A DNA stretch of 64,000 bases from an uncultured candidate division Zixibacteria bacterium. Lineage in GTDB: Bacteria; Zixibacteria; MSB-5A5; RBG-16-43-9. The stretch spans positions 1,696,001 to 1,760,000 of the forward strand of contig OY970208.1 of the NCBI GenBank assembly GCA_963713865.1, written 5' to 3'. The position numbers were made by a program, and so were the translations under genes. The stretch's first letter is position 1, and the number at the start of each line of letters is the position of its first letter. The notes under the pieces are model-generated. The model was not told the origin of the DNA. It ran no database searches and saw nothing but the letters and a program-made list of their open reading frames with translations. Of this stretch, positions 1-10,382 are shown piece by piece.

Positions 1-741
1 TCCACCTTTTTTGGTTATCTTATCATACATCTCCACATAGGTGTATTTTCCAGAGAAGCATAGCTTAACTAAACCCGTTACTGGAAGATTGCCAGTCCTC
101 TGGGGTGAGAAAGGTCCACCATCATTAGCATTATTTACATCGATCATCTGCCCTTTTAAATGGGAACTAACGCTGATTCCTGAACCGAGATGCACGATGA
201 TCAGATTAAGCTCCTCATATCTTTTTCCCAGTTCAAATGCAGATTTCCTTGCCACCATTTTGATATTCAAGGCGTGAGAGAGACTTTTTCTTTCCAACTC
301 CGGCATACCAGAAATTCGTGAAATTGGAGGGAATTCATCTACTGAGACCGGATCAACAATGAAAGCAGGTATGTCAGTCTCTCTGATTAATCCATAAGCA
401 ATCAGTGCTCCCAGATTTGAAACATGGTCTGCCTGGACATTGCCAGCTCTTATATCTGAGAGCATCTTCTGGTTAACTCGGTAGGTGCCACTGGATAAAG
501 GTTTAAAAGCACCTCCTCTTCCTACCACTGCAGAAAGGTCCGTGATTTTCAGATTGTTCCTCAGCAAGAATTTCATTACTATATTCTTTCTGTAATCCAA
601 CTGGTCTAAGGTCTTAGGATAGTCTTTAAGCTCATCTGCAGAATGCCTTAAAACCTCCACGATCAGAGGATTTTTATCCTCATACAGAGCTACCTTGGTA
701 GAAGTTGCCCCGGGATTGATGCTTAAAATTTTATAGGTCAT
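1..741 (-). CDS. buk: Butyrate/branched-chain carboxylate kinase (5' part; runs off the window start)
   Basis: Manual reverse translation from ATG at 741: MTYKILSINPGATSTKVALY..., with later VVGRGG and HVSNLGA motifs of the butyrate kinase family. Not in the supplied ORF track. Confidence 0.9.
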   Translation of the reverse strand, partial: MTYKILSINPGATSTKVALYEDKNPLIVEVLRHSADELKDYPKTLDQLDYRKNIVMKFLLRNNLKITDLSAVVGRGGAFKPLSSGTYRVNQKMLSDIRAGNVQADHVSNLGALIAYGLIRETDIPAFIVDPVSVDEFPPISRISGMPELERKSLSHALNIKMVARKSAFELGKRYEELNLIIVHLGSGISVSSHLKGQMIDVNNANDGGPFSPQRTGNLPVTGLVKLCFSGKYTYVEMYDKITKKGG

Positions 742-897
742 ATTTTTATTTTTGCAAGGCTGAAGCCTTGCCTACGATCATAGTCCCGCACAAATGCGGG
801 ACCCTACAGCTCTTTGACCAATCATCAGGGAAAGCACAGGGGTCTGCCCCAACAATTTTTTATCCGTCATCCTTCATACGTCATTCGATATATTTTA

Positions 898-1962
898 TTA
901 CGCATGTCTCTGTCTGAATTTCTTAACTTCGGCGATCCTGGCTTTGGCTAAGATATTAGCAGCTTTGTAGGTTGGTATTTTCGAGTCCTCAGAAATCTCT
1001 AAGATTCTTTTCATAATATCATAAATTCCAGTTGCCTGTTTTATTGCTTTTTCTCTGATATAACCTCCTAATTCATTAGCTACATTGATCATACCGCCTG
1101 CACCGATTACAAAATCTGGTGCATATAGTATTCCTTTTTTATGCAAGATCTCCCCATATTTTTCCTCCGCCAGTTGATTATTAGCTGGACCAGCGATGAT
1201 CTTCACTTTAAATTTCTCCATAGTTTCAGCATTTATCACTCCGCCTAAGGCACAGGGTGAGAAGACATCTGCTTTAACTTCAAAGATCTTTTCTGGCGAA
1301 ACGATCTCTGCATCTAACTCCTGCCTGGCTTTCTCGGTTTTCTCAGTTATAATATCCGCAACGATTAATCTGCATCCTGCCTCTTTCAATTTCTGAGCCA
1401 GATGATACCCAACATGACCCACCCCTTGAATCGCCACCGAGATACCTTCCAGAGATTTTCTATTAAAAACTTTCTCCACACAGGCTAAAAGTCCGTTGTA
1501 TAGACCGATAGCAGTGATGGGGCCCGGATCTCCGCTTCCTCCTAAAGCCCTGGATAGACCTACTACATATTTGGTCTCATAGCGGACTATCTCCATATCC
1601 TCAACTGTGGTTCCAACATCTTCGGCAGTGATATATCTTCCGTTAAGACCTTGCACAAATCTTCCAAATGCTCTTAAGAGTAATTCGTTTTTATTTTTTA
1701 GAGGGTCTCCAATTATCACCCCTTGACCCCCACCAAAGTTAATCCCAGCAGCAGAGGCTTTATAAGTCATAGCTTTAGAAAGAAGCAATACGTCTTTTAA
1801 TGCCTCCTCCTCAGATTTGTAAGGAAACATCCTTACTCCACCAATGGCCGGTCCTAAGGTGGTATCGTGGATAGCGATGATTCCTCGGAGTTGTGCTACT
1901 TTATCCGAGCAGAAGATTATCTGCTCATGTTGGTCTTCAGCTAAAGATTCAAAAATTTCCAT
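898..1962 (-). CDS. Leu/Phe/Val dehydrogenase
   Basis: IAIHDTTLGPAIGGVRM, MTYK, AEDVGT, IQGVGHVG Rossmann motif, GPANNQL. Confidence 0.92.
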   Translation of the reverse strand: MEIFESLAEDQHEQIIFCSDKVAQLRGIIAIHDTTLGPAIGGVRMFPYKSEEEALKDVLLLSKAMTYKASAAGINFGGGQGVIIGDPLKNKNELLLRAFGRFVQGLNGRYITAEDVGTTVEDMEIVRYETKYVVGLSRALGGSGDPGPITAIGLYNGLLACVEKVFNRKSLEGISVAIQGVGHVGYHLAQKLKEAGCRLIVADIITEKTEKARQELDAEIVSPEKIFEVKADVFSPCALGGVINAETMEKFKVKIIAGPANNQLAEEKYGEILHKKGILYAPDFVIGAGGMINVANELGGYIREKAIKQATGIYDIMKRILEISEDSKIPTYKAANILAKARIAEVKKFRQRHA

Positions 1963-1996
1963 AGTTTTGATCTAATCCTTTTATTACTACAGGGCT

Positions 1997-2036
1997 GGAG
2001 TGTAAAGTCTCAAGATCCTGTTGACTTTAGCTTTAC
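1997..2036 (+). repeat. GGAGTGTAAA...CTTTAC palindromic repeat family, short copy
   Basis: ggagtgtaaagtctcaagatcctgttgactttagctttac shares both ends with the longer copies at 33445 and 51035 (minus). Confidence 0.7.
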
Positions 2037-2112
2037 TTCTTTGCCTGGTAAACCTGAAGGTTTACGCTCCATAATTACGTTCACGAAAAACGAATAACGT
2101 TCACGTTTTTTC

Positions 2113-2886
2113 CTAAACCCAGTTCGGTTTTCTTTTCTGTAAAAATGCCTCCATTCCTTCTTTTGCCTCTCCCGCTGCAAAACATTCTCCAAAGGCATCT
2201 ACTTCAAAGGAACTACCTGTGGCAAAATCTGTTTCCACTCCCCGGCCGATCACCCTTTTAGCCTGTCTGACTGCAGTTGGTCCTTTGGAAGCAATCTTTT
2301 TTGCCATCTCCATACAGACATCCATCAGGTTATCATGGGGGACCACTTGATTAACCAGTCCGATATTCAAAGCAGTTTGAGCATCGACCATATCTGCAGT
2401 TAAAATCAACTCTTTAGCTTTAGCAGCACCGACCATTCGAGCCAATCTTTGAGTTCCGGCAAAACCGGGAATTACTCCCAGGTTCACCTCCGGCTGTCCT
2501 AATTTAGCTTTATCTGAGGCTATCCGGATATCACAAGCCATAGCTAATTCACACCCTCCACCCAAAGCAAAACCATTGACCGCTGCAATGACCGGCCTAT
2601 CCTGAGATTCTATCAGGGAGAAAACTTTTTGTCCCATCTCAGAGAAATCTATTGCCTGCTGTCTGGTCATATCCTTCATCTCAGCAATATCCGCTCCAGC
2701 CACGAATGCCTTTCCCTCTCCAGTAATTATGATTACTTTGATCTTTTCATCTCTACTCCACTGATGGGCTATATCGTTAAGCTCATGAATAGTCTCAGTA
2801 TTTAAGGCATTTAACTGCATAGGTCGGTTGATTTTTATTATGCCAATACTGTCTTTAATCTCTGTCAGAAGATTCTTATATTCCAC
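2113..2886 (-). CDS. crt: Enoyl-CoA hydratase (crotonase)
   Basis: AFVAGADI, AVNGFALGGGCELA, GQPEVNLGVIPGFAGTQRL (both catalytic Glu present). Confidence 0.9.
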   Translation of the reverse strand: MEYKNLLTEIKDSIGIIKINRPMQLNALNTETIHELNDIAHQWSRDEKIKVIIITGEGKAFVAGADIAEMKDMTRQQAIDFSEMGQKVFSLIESQDRPVIAAVNGFALGGGCELAMACDIRIASDKAKLGQPEVNLGVIPGFAGTQRLARMVGAAKAKELILTADMVDAQTALNIGLVNQVVPHDNLMDVCMEMAKKIASKGPTAVRQAKRVIGRGVETDFATGSSFEVDAFGECFAAGEAKEGMEAFLQKRKPNWV

Positions 2887-2901
2887 ATCTCCTCCTTTCC
2901 T

Positions 2902-2992
2902 TTTAGCTATTAGCAGGTAGCTTGTAGCTATTAGCTTTAAAACTCTATGCTTTTGAACATATTCTTTAGACTTTAGCCTATAGCCTTTTGAC
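2902..2992. repeat. Degenerate heptamer tandem repeat
   Basis: tagctat/tagcagg/tagcttg/tagctat and tagactt/tagccta/tagcctt units. Confidence 0.6.
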
Positions 2993-2996
2993 TATT

Positions 2997-4130
2997 TTAT
3001 TTCATCAACTCTCTGAAGATAACCAATCTCTGAATCTCTGAAGTTCCCTCACCTATCTCGCAGAGCTTTACGTCACGCAGGTACCTTTCAACCGGGTAAT
3101 CTCTGGAATATCCATATCCTCCAAAGATTTGAATTGCCTGATAAGTGACAAACCTGCCGACTTCTGATGCGTAAAGTTTTGCCATAGCTGATTCTTTAAC
3201 GTATCTCTCTCCTCTGTCTTCTAAAAAAGCAGCATGGTAAATCAGATGTCGGGCAGCTTCAATCTGAGTTGCCATATCCGCTAATTTAAACTGGATGGCT
3301 TGAAATTCGATTAAGGGCTTTTCAAATTGAATCCTTTCCCTGGCGTATCTCAAGGCTTTATCAAAGGCTCCCTGGGCTATGCCTAATGCCATCGCACCTA
3401 TGCTTATCCTTCCGCCATCCAAGGTAATCAAAAACTGCTTGAATCCTTCTCCTTCTTTACCTAAAATATTCTCTTTAGGAATTTTTAAATCCTCAAAATG
3501 CAGGGTAGCGGTATCAGAACCTCGTAAACCCATTTTGGTTTCTTTTTTACCTACGGAGAATCCTTTCAGCCCTTTTTCCAGGATAAAAGAGCTGATCCCT
3601 TTGGTACCTTTGGTTTTGTCGGTTACTGCAGTAGTCACAAAAATTTCCGCAACTGAGGCATTGGTGATAAAACATTTAGAGCCGTTGATTACATAACTAT
3701 CACCATCTAAAGCCGCCGTGGTTTTAGTTCCTCCAGCATCTGAGCCAGCATCAGGTTCGGTTAAACCGAAGGCACCTAACTTTTCTCCCTTGGCTAAAGG
3801 TGGGATATATTTTTTCTTCTGTTCTTCATTACCAAAAAGATATATAGGGCAGATGGCTAAGGAATTGTGTGCAGCAACTGTTATTCCAGTTGAACCACAG
3901 ACGCGGGAGAGTTCCTCTACAGCGATGGCATATCTTAAGGTGTCTATGCCTGTGCCTCCATATTCCGGAGGAGCGACCATCCCTAAAAGACCGAGATTTG
4001 CTACCTTCCTTATATTCTCAAAAGGGAATTCTGCTTTCTCGTCTATTTCCTTAGCTTTAGGTTCAATCTCTTTTTCTGCAAACTCTCTTATCTTGTTTCT
4101 AAAGGCTAAATATTTTTTATCTAAATACAT
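2997..4130 (-). CDS. Acyl-CoA dehydrogenase (short/branched-chain)
   Basis: GAFGLTEPDAGSDA, GSKCFITN, KMGLRGSDT, QIFGGYGY, EIGEGTSEIQR. Confidence 0.93.
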   Translation of the reverse strand: MYLDKKYLAFRNKIREFAEKEIEPKAKEIDEKAEFPFENIRKVANLGLLGMVAPPEYGGTGIDTLRYAIAVEELSRVCGSTGITVAAHNSLAICPIYLFGNEEQKKKYIPPLAKGEKLGAFGLTEPDAGSDAGGTKTTAALDGDSYVINGSKCFITNASVAEIFVTTAVTDKTKGTKGISSFILEKGLKGFSVGKKETKMGLRGSDTATLHFEDLKIPKENILGKEGEGFKQFLITLDGGRISIGAMALGIAQGAFDKALRYARERIQFEKPLIEFQAIQFKLADMATQIEAARHLIYHAAFLEDRGERYVKESAMAKLYASEVGRFVTYQAIQIFGGYGYSRDYPVERYLRDVKLCEIGEGTSEIQRLVIFRELMK

Positions 4131-4156
4131 TCTGCTCCCTTATCCCATGGATTTTT

Positions 4157-5299
4157 TTAGGATTTTAAAAGGTCTCTGGAGATGACCATTCTCTGAGCTT
4201 CAGAGGTTCCCTCATAGATCTCGGTTACCCTGGCATCCCGGAAATATCTTTCCACTGCATATTCTTTCATATATCCATACCCGCCGTGAATCTGAACCGC
4301 CTCGTTTACCACATAGTTGGCTATTTCAGAAGCAAAGAGTTTAGCCATTGAAGCCTCTATACTGCATCTTATTTTATTCTGTTTCAACCAGGCGGCACGA
4401 TAGACTAAAAGGCGAGCAGCTTCTATCTGGGTAGCCATATTAGCTAATTTGAATTGAATCGCCTGAAAGTTGCAGATCGGCTGACCGAATTGAACCCGCT
4501 CTTTCGAATATTTTAAAGCTTCAGCCAGGGCTGATTGGGCAATTCCTACCGATTGAGCCCCTACTCCGATCCTTCCAGAATCGAGTAATTCTAAGGCTAT
4601 ACGAAAACCTTTGTTTTCCTCTCCAATTAAGCTTACTTTAGGCACAAGGCAATCCTCAAAGGAGATCTCTCTGGTATCAGAGCCTCTGATCCCCATTTTC
4701 TTTTCTTTGGTACCGATATTAAATCCTTTTAAACCCTTATCAACTATCAGACAGGAGATGCCTTTGGATTTAGCCTCAGGATTGGTTAAGACAAAAAGAA
4801 CAAAGAGATCTGCAATCCCGCCGTTGGTAACAAAGGTTTTGGTACCATTAACTAAATAGTGGTCTCCTTTTAAAAGTGCAGTAGTCTTTAAACTTCCAGC
4901 ATCGGTTCCAGCCTGTGGTTCAGTTAAAGAATAAGCTCCGATAAATTCTCCTTTAGTTAATTTAGACAGATATTTTTTCTTCTGCTCCTCAGTTCCAAAT
5001 TTGTAAATGGCTTCGCAGACCAAGGAATTATGAACTGATAAGGAGATCATTAAAGCGGCACAGGCTTTGGAGAACTCCTCCATAGTCAGGATGTAGCTAA
5101 TGAAATCCAAGCCCGAGCCACCATACTCTTCGGGCATTAACATTCCCAAATAACCTAAATCGGCTAATTCTTTGTATAGTTCTCTGGGAAGCTCTTCCTT
5201 CTCATCGAACTCCTGAGCTTTAGGTGCTAATTTCTCAGAAGCAAATTCCCTGGCGGCTTCTTTTATCATCTTTTGGTCTTCATTAAATTCAAAGTCCAT
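4157..5299 (-). CDS. Acyl-CoA dehydrogenase (butyryl/branched-chain)
   Basis: GAYSLTEPQAGTDA, KMGIRGSDT, QIHGGYGY, EIYEGTSEAQR. Confidence 0.93.
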   Translation of the reverse strand: MDFEFNEDQKMIKEAAREFASEKLAPKAQEFDEKEELPRELYKELADLGYLGMLMPEEYGGSGLDFISYILTMEEFSKACAALMISLSVHNSLVCEAIYKFGTEEQKKKYLSKLTKGEFIGAYSLTEPQAGTDAGSLKTTALLKGDHYLVNGTKTFVTNGGIADLFVLFVLTNPEAKSKGISCLIVDKGLKGFNIGTKEKKMGIRGSDTREISFEDCLVPKVSLIGEENKGFRIALELLDSGRIGVGAQSVGIAQSALAEALKYSKERVQFGQPICNFQAIQFKLANMATQIEAARLLVYRAAWLKQNKIRCSIEASMAKLFASEIANYVVNEAVQIHGGYGYMKEYAVERYFRDARVTEIYEGTSEAQRMVISRDLLKS

Positions 5300-5422
5300 A
5301 ATTTTCTCCCGGGTTAAGAGATTTTAGCGGGCAAGGTACTCACCCTACGAAAAATAGATAGGTTAACAATCGTAGGCCGAACTCCCCGCTCCGCTAACTC
5401 GAATCTTTCAGAATCATCTTTA

Positions 5423-6670
5423 TTACTCTGCCTTTTTGAAAATCATTGCAACCACGGTTTTGTCGTTCCCACCCATACTGATCATCAAGGCATAAGGTTT
5501 ATACGGGTTAAGTTTTACCTGATACTCTCCAGCTTTACCGGTCAGCTGATGAACACAATCTACTGCCTGCCTGACTCCTGTTCCACCAACGTAATGACCG
5601 AAACCGATCAAACCACCACCTAGGTTTGTGGGAAGTTCACTTTTTAGATTGGTTTTTCCTGCCTGGACGAAAGCTGAACCTTCTCCATATTTAGCAAAAC
5701 CGGCTGCCTCTAATGCCAAAATACCTCCAACTGTGAAACAGTCATGGACTTCTAAAATGCCAATATCTTTGGGACCAAGTCCAGCCATTTTATAGGCTTT
5801 CTCAACTGCTCTTTTGGTAGTGCTCATCACGGTCATATCTTCAGGGGCTTTGGTTAGATCTGCTACTGCCGTACCAAATCCTACTACTTCAATCGCATCC
5901 TTTTTCCCCACGTCAATTTTCTTCAAACCCTCTTCGGAAGCGAAAATCAAGGCAGAAGCCCCATCCGATACCTTGGAACAATCATAGATATTGAGATGGT
6001 CAACAAAAGCTTTTGGATTTGGAGGGGTCATTCCGGCTGCAAATAAGTCTTCTATACTATTATGATATTCCTGAGCTTTTGGGTTTTTCCGGGCGTTCTC
6101 TATGGCTTGTTTATACCACAGAGCCATACCTTTTCTCATATAATCGTATCCGAATTTGTCATAACAAACACCGGCTCTATCTGAGAATAGAGCCGGGAAA
6201 AAGTAGGCATGCCCGTTTTTCCTCTCGGTGAGATAATGCCCTGCACCAGCTAATATATCTGCACCGTAAATAGCTTTAACGGTGTTCTGCACCTCCACTC
6301 CAATGGTCAATACTACATCCGATACTTCTGATGCGATGCTCTTCAGGGAAGTAAGTAAAGCTAATCCACCGGAACCACAGGCACCTTCAACCCGGGTATG
6401 AGGTTTGTATTCCAGGGATGGGTGAATCGTGGGTATGAGTGCAGCTAAATTGCCTTGTTTGTTAAACCGTGCGGCCATGAAGTTGGAGATTATACCTTCA
6501 TCTATATTTTCCGGATTATTTATCTGAGCAATTGCTCCTCTGCCCGCTTCCTGAATATACTGCTCCAATCCCGGTCTGGGCTTTTTAGGATTGAATTCCT
6601 TTCTTCCCGAGCCAAAGGAAATGGTGTTATATCCGGCGGTTAGATATACTTTCTTTCTTAATTTAGGCAT
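5423..6670 (-). CDS. Thiolase, SCP2/lipid-transfer-like type
   Basis: VEGACGSGG (catalytic Cys), [24 protein letters not shown]. Confidence 0.88.
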   Translation of the reverse strand: MPKLRKKVYLTAGYNTISFGSGRKEFNPKKPRPGLEQYIQEAGRGAIAQINNPENIDEGIISNFMAARFNKQGNLAALIPTIHPSLEYKPHTRVEGACGSGGLALLTSLKSIASEVSDVVLTIGVEVQNTVKAIYGADILAGAGHYLTERKNGHAYFFPALFSDRAGVCYDKFGYDYMRKGMALWYKQAIENARKNPKAQEYHNSIEDLFAAGMTPPNPKAFVDHLNIYDCSKVSDGASALIFASEEGLKKIDVGKKDAIEVVGFGTAVADLTKAPEDMTVMSTTKRAVEKAYKMAGLGPKDIGILEVHDCFTVGGILALEAAGFAKYGEGSAFVQAGKTNLKSELPTNLGGGLIGFGHYVGGTGVRQAVDCVHQLTGKAGEYQVKLNPYKPYALMISMGGNDKTVVAMIFKKAE

Positions 6671-6682
6671 CTTTTTCCTCCA

Positions 6683-8023
6683 TTAAATATAATCGTTTAT
6701 TGGTCCATACAAATGATAGAATCCATTTAATAATACGTTATTCACATCCTCAGATGTTTTAGCTACACCTGTTTTCACCAGCTTTTCGCCAATTTCTTTG
6801 GAGTTTTTAAGGTAAGCTAATGCAAGTTTTGCACCGAGGGTATTGGAGGTTTTCAGATTCTTGAAAAATACTGAAAGCTTATCGCCCTTTTTAGGGTCCA
6901 TAAGCAGATTTTTCCAGGGTGAGAAGCCGGAGGGATATTCGCCTAACTTTTTATCTATATCCCCGCTCCAGCCTTTAGGATTGAAAAGCTTATATTCTCC
7001 CTTGTCTATGTCATAGACACCAACCGGTCTGTTCCTGTCATATTTCAGGAAGCCATCTTTCTGAGAACCGTCGCTTCTCTGTCCACCCAGGACTTTTTTA
7101 TCGTACATTTTTTTCAAAAGTTCGTCCTTTAAATCCTCGCTTTCAATATAGTGATCAATTGTCTCGGAGATACTCTGGAAAACATCCACCCCCACATAAT
7201 CGATCAACTGGAAGATTCCCATAGGTCTGATCAACAAATCTTGACTGATTTTATTCATTATATAAAGAGCACCGGGCAGGGTATAGTCTTTTGCTAATTT
7301 CTTGGCTTCCCGTAGAGCATATAAGCCATCTCTTAAGAAATGCCCGTTCCCGATAAACCCGGCAATGTCGTTGGAGGGAACGATCTTCTTGTTCAGCCTT
7401 TTTGCCAGCTCAAGGGAGAAATCTTTTAATTCCTGAATGGTCGTATCGGCGGAGATAAGCTCTGCCAATCTCTGCACTGCTGGCGGATTGTAAAAATGGA
7501 ATCCGATTAGCCTTCCTCCAAGGTTGGATTCTTTATTTAAGATAGTTATGGGGATAGATGAGGTGTTGGTAAGGTAGAGGGTATCTTTGCTACAGAAGTT
7601 GTCAATCTTTTTCAATAGATTTACTTTTAAATCTTTATTTTCCAATACCGCCTCGAAGATCACTTTAGAATCTTTTATTACACTTAAATCTGTTTCTGGA
7701 CGTAATACCGAAAGAGCGTCTTCAATGTACTGGTTAATGCAGTCCTGATTCTCTATTAAATCCTCACGGCCTTTATACATCTGTCTTAACATCACACAGG
7801 CTTTTTCTCCAGCTTTAACTAACTGCGATTTTAAATATTGCAATAAACCTGCCAGATGGTCGGGATGAATATCGATCAGGTACAAGCGATAATCTTTATC
7901 CTTGTTCTCTGGTAAATTTTTCAGCCTTGCCATCTCCTGAGCTAAAAGCAGAGCTATCCCGCTTCCCATCTTCCCAGCCGCCCCGATTACCGCCACATTT
8001 TGCATCCTCTCGTCAAAATTCAT
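6683..8023 (-). CDS. 3-hydroxyacyl-CoA dehydrogenase family protein (extended, 446 aa)
   Basis: VIGAAGKMGSG, FEAVLENKDLK, TNTSSIPI, GFHFYNP, GFIGN, PMGIFQLIDYVGVD. Confidence 0.88.
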   Translation of the reverse strand: MNFDERMQNVAVIGAAGKMGSGIALLLAQEMARLKNLPENKDKDYRLYLIDIHPDHLAGLLQYLKSQLVKAGEKACVMLRQMYKGREDLIENQDCINQYIEDALSVLRPETDLSVIKDSKVIFEAVLENKDLKVNLLKKIDNFCSKDTLYLTNTSSIPITILNKESNLGGRLIGFHFYNPPAVQRLAELISADTTIQELKDFSLELAKRLNKKIVPSNDIAGFIGNGHFLRDGLYALREAKKLAKDYTLPGALYIMNKISQDLLIRPMGIFQLIDYVGVDVFQSISETIDHYIESEDLKDELLKKMYDKKVLGGQRSDGSQKDGFLKYDRNRPVGVYDIDKGEYKLFNPKGWSGDIDKKLGEYPSGFSPWKNLLMDPKKGDKLSVFFKNLKTSNTLGAKLALAYLKNSKEIGEKLVKTGVAKTSEDVNNVLLNGFYHLYGPINDYI

Positions 8024-8159
8024 AAAGTGAACCTCCTGTGATTATTATTTATTTCAAAAGATCAAAATTATCCTTCTATATATAAGGATTTTTGAATTAA
8101 ATTTCAAGGGTTTTTTGTTAAGTTTGAGATTTTTTTCACAAGGGGCTTTATTGTATTTC

Positions 8160-8210
8160 GTAGCGCGTCCCTTTTAGGGACGCAATGTGAGGCTGAAAGT
8201 CTCGCGCTAC
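8160..8210. repeat. GTAG-type REP doublet
   Basis: gtagcgcgtcccttttagggacgc ... gtgaggctgaaagtctcgcgctac; related copies at 10281, 12903 and about 53980. Confidence 0.75.
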
Positions 8211-8260
8211 GTTTTAAACCGATGAACCTTTGAACCATTGAACTCTTGAACAGTCTTATT

Positions 8261-8767
8261 TTATTTATCCTGTTCCAACTCCATAATAGGCTCTTCGGTA
8301 TCGACCAACTGGTTTTCTTTGAAATTCACCTTTTTTACTATTCCATCCAAAGCTGATTTTATCTCATGCTCCATCTTCATTGCTTCTACGATTGCCAGGC
8401 TCTGTTTCTTTTTCACCTTTTCACCTTCGGAAACTAAAATTTTTAGTATCCGTCCGGGCATTGGAGCACAGACTGACTGTTTTCCTTCAGCTAAACCTGA
8501 TTCCTCTTCTTTTCTTTTAGCTCTGGTGGTGTCTTTTTCGTGGAGTATGAATTGTTCGCCCTGGACAAAGATATATCTTTTATTCTCAGCTTCTGCTAAA
8601 TAGACTGTCTGAATTTTACCATCAATTTCCAGGGACAAGCAGTTAGGGGAGATGACCTGACAATCAAACTCTTTTTTATTGTTCCCGAAATCTACAAAGT
8701 ATTTATCACCCTTTTTCTCAAGGTTGACTTTGTAGATTTTATCCTCTAAAACGAATTCAAATTCCAT
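8261..8767 (-). CDS. Biotin carboxyl carrier subunit (split MCC alpha C-terminal part)
   Basis: APMPGRI...VEAMKME biotinylation motif. Start chosen at MEFEF, just after the upstream stop. Confidence 0.9.
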   Translation of the reverse strand: MEFEFVLEDKIYKVNLEKKGDKYFVDFGNNKKEFDCQVISPNCLSLEIDGKIQTVYLAEAENKRYIFVQGEQFILHEKDTTRAKRKEEESGLAEGKQSVCAPMPGRILKILVSEGEKVKKKQSLAIVEAMKMEHEIKSALDGIVKKVNFKENQLVDTEEPIMELEQDK

Positions 8768-8769
8768 AT

Positions 8770-10266
8770 CTAAACACCGATCTCCCATTTGCCCAGGGAA
8801 AGCCAGGGATCATACCCTGTGGCTTTAATCATCTTCCCCTTGGTAGAAGTTTTATCTGTTGATTGAATAACTCCGGCAATTAAAGCGATCTCTTTGAATT
8901 TCTCATTCTCTCTTTTCTCTTTCCATTCACCCATATTCTTGGGAATAAAATCGGTCTGGGTATTACCGGCAGTGAATTCTGGATGGGATAATAAATCTTT
9001 AAGATAGTTTATCTGGGTTTTAATGCCCAAGATGGCATAATCGGAAAGAGCCTGAATGGATCTTTTTCTGGCAGACTCTCTATTCTCGGCCCAGCAGATA
9101 AGTTTAGCCAGAATCGGGTCATAGTGCATAGTTACTTCGATTCCGGAGTATAGTCCTGAGTCATTCCTGATTCCGGGTCCGGAAGGCTCTTTAACATATA
9201 ATATTTTACCAAAGGAGGGGAGGAAATCATTTTCCGGGTCTTCGGCGTAGATCCTGCATTCAATCGCGTGTCCTCTTTGTGAAAGCTCCTCCTGCTTGAA
9301 AGGAAGTTTTTCACCACTTGCAATTTTTATCTGGGTTTTAACTAAATCCACACCAGTTACCAACTCGGTTATGGGATGCTCCACCTGAATGCGGGCATTG
9401 ACTTCCAGGAAATAGTATTTCCCATTCTCATCCAAGAGGAACTCGACTGTGCCTGCGTTGTTATAATTAGCGGTTTGAATAACTTTCACTGCAGTTTTTC
9501 CCATCTCAGCTCGGAGCTCAGGAGTTAAAGCAGTAGAGGGAGCTTCCTCTATGATCTTCTGATGTCTTCTCTGGATGGAACACTCCCTTTCAAAAAGATG
9601 GACTGCATTTCCATAATTGTCGGCTAATACCTGAAACTCAATGTGTCTTGGTCTCTCAATACATTTCTCCAGATAAACCGATTCATCTCCAAAAGCAGAT
9701 TTTGCTTCTCTCATTCCAGCTTCTATTGAGGATTTCAAATCTTCTTTGGAGTGGATGATTCTCATCCCTTTTCCTCCACCACCAGCAGAGGCTTTGAGCA
9801 TCACCGGATAGCCGATTCTTTCTGCCTGCTCTTCAAACTCTTTCAGGTTTCCACCTTTCATCTTCATACCGGGGATTATGGGGATTTTTGCCTGGGTCAT
9901 AGTCTTACGGGATTCAATTTTATCTCCAACCAATCTTAAAGCCTCTGAATTAGGTCCGATGAAAATTATTTTCTCGTCCTCACATCTTTTAGAAAAAAGA
10001 TGATTTTCAGCTAAGAAACCGTAACCCGGATGAATTGCTTCTACTTTAGATTTTTGGGCGATATCAATGATTTTGTCAATATTCAGGTAACTTTCTAACG
10101 GGGGAGCAGGACCTAATAGATGGGCTTCATCTGTCATCTGAACGTGAAGCGCTTTTCTATCCACCTCAGAGTATACCGCTACGGTTTCTATCCCCATCTC
10201 CTTGCAAGCCCGGATAATCCGGACTGCGATCTCACCCCGATTGGCAATTAGAATATTTTTGAACAT
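8770..10266 (-). CDS. Biotin carboxylase subunit (methylcrotonyl-CoA carboxylase alpha-like)
   Basis: ILIANRGEIAVR, HPGYGFLAEN, GGGGKGMR, ERECSIQRRHQK, EVNARIQVEHP. Confidence 0.93.
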   Translation of the reverse strand: MFKNILIANRGEIAVRIIRACKEMGIETVAVYSEVDRKALHVQMTDEAHLLGPAPPLESYLNIDKIIDIAQKSKVEAIHPGYGFLAENHLFSKRCEDEKIIFIGPNSEALRLVGDKIESRKTMTQAKIPIIPGMKMKGGNLKEFEEQAERIGYPVMLKASAGGGGKGMRIIHSKEDLKSSIEAGMREAKSAFGDESVYLEKCIERPRHIEFQVLADNYGNAVHLFERECSIQRRHQKIIEEAPSTALTPELRAEMGKTAVKVIQTANYNNAGTVEFLLDENGKYYFLEVNARIQVEHPITELVTGVDLVKTQIKIASGEKLPFKQEELSQRGHAIECRIYAEDPENDFLPSFGKILYVKEPSGPGIRNDSGLYSGIEVTMHYDPILAKLICWAENRESARKRSIQALSDYAILGIKTQINYLKDLLSHPEFTAGNTQTDFIPKNMGEWKEKRENEKFKEIALIAGVIQSTDKTSTKGKMIKATGYDPWLSLGKWEIGV

Positions 10267-10280
10267 AGTATATGTTTTTC

Positions 10281-10359
10281 GTAGCGCGACCCTTTCAGGG
10301 TCGCTAAGTGAGGCTTAAGCCTCACACTGCATTCGTCCGACACTAAGGTCGGACGTTAC
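10281..10359. repeat. GTAG-type REP cluster
   Basis: gtagcgcgaccctttcagggtcgc, gtgaggcttaagcctcac and cgtccgacactaaggtcggacgttac hairpins. Confidence 0.75.
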
Positions 10360-10382
10360 GTTTTTTTAACCCTTGAACTTTT

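Noticed and set aside
3379-4859. Antisense ORFs over the acyl-CoA dehydrogenases, and similar shadow ORFs across the window
   Set aside because: They lie opposite well-supported genes and have Ser/Phe/Ile-rich shadow composition.
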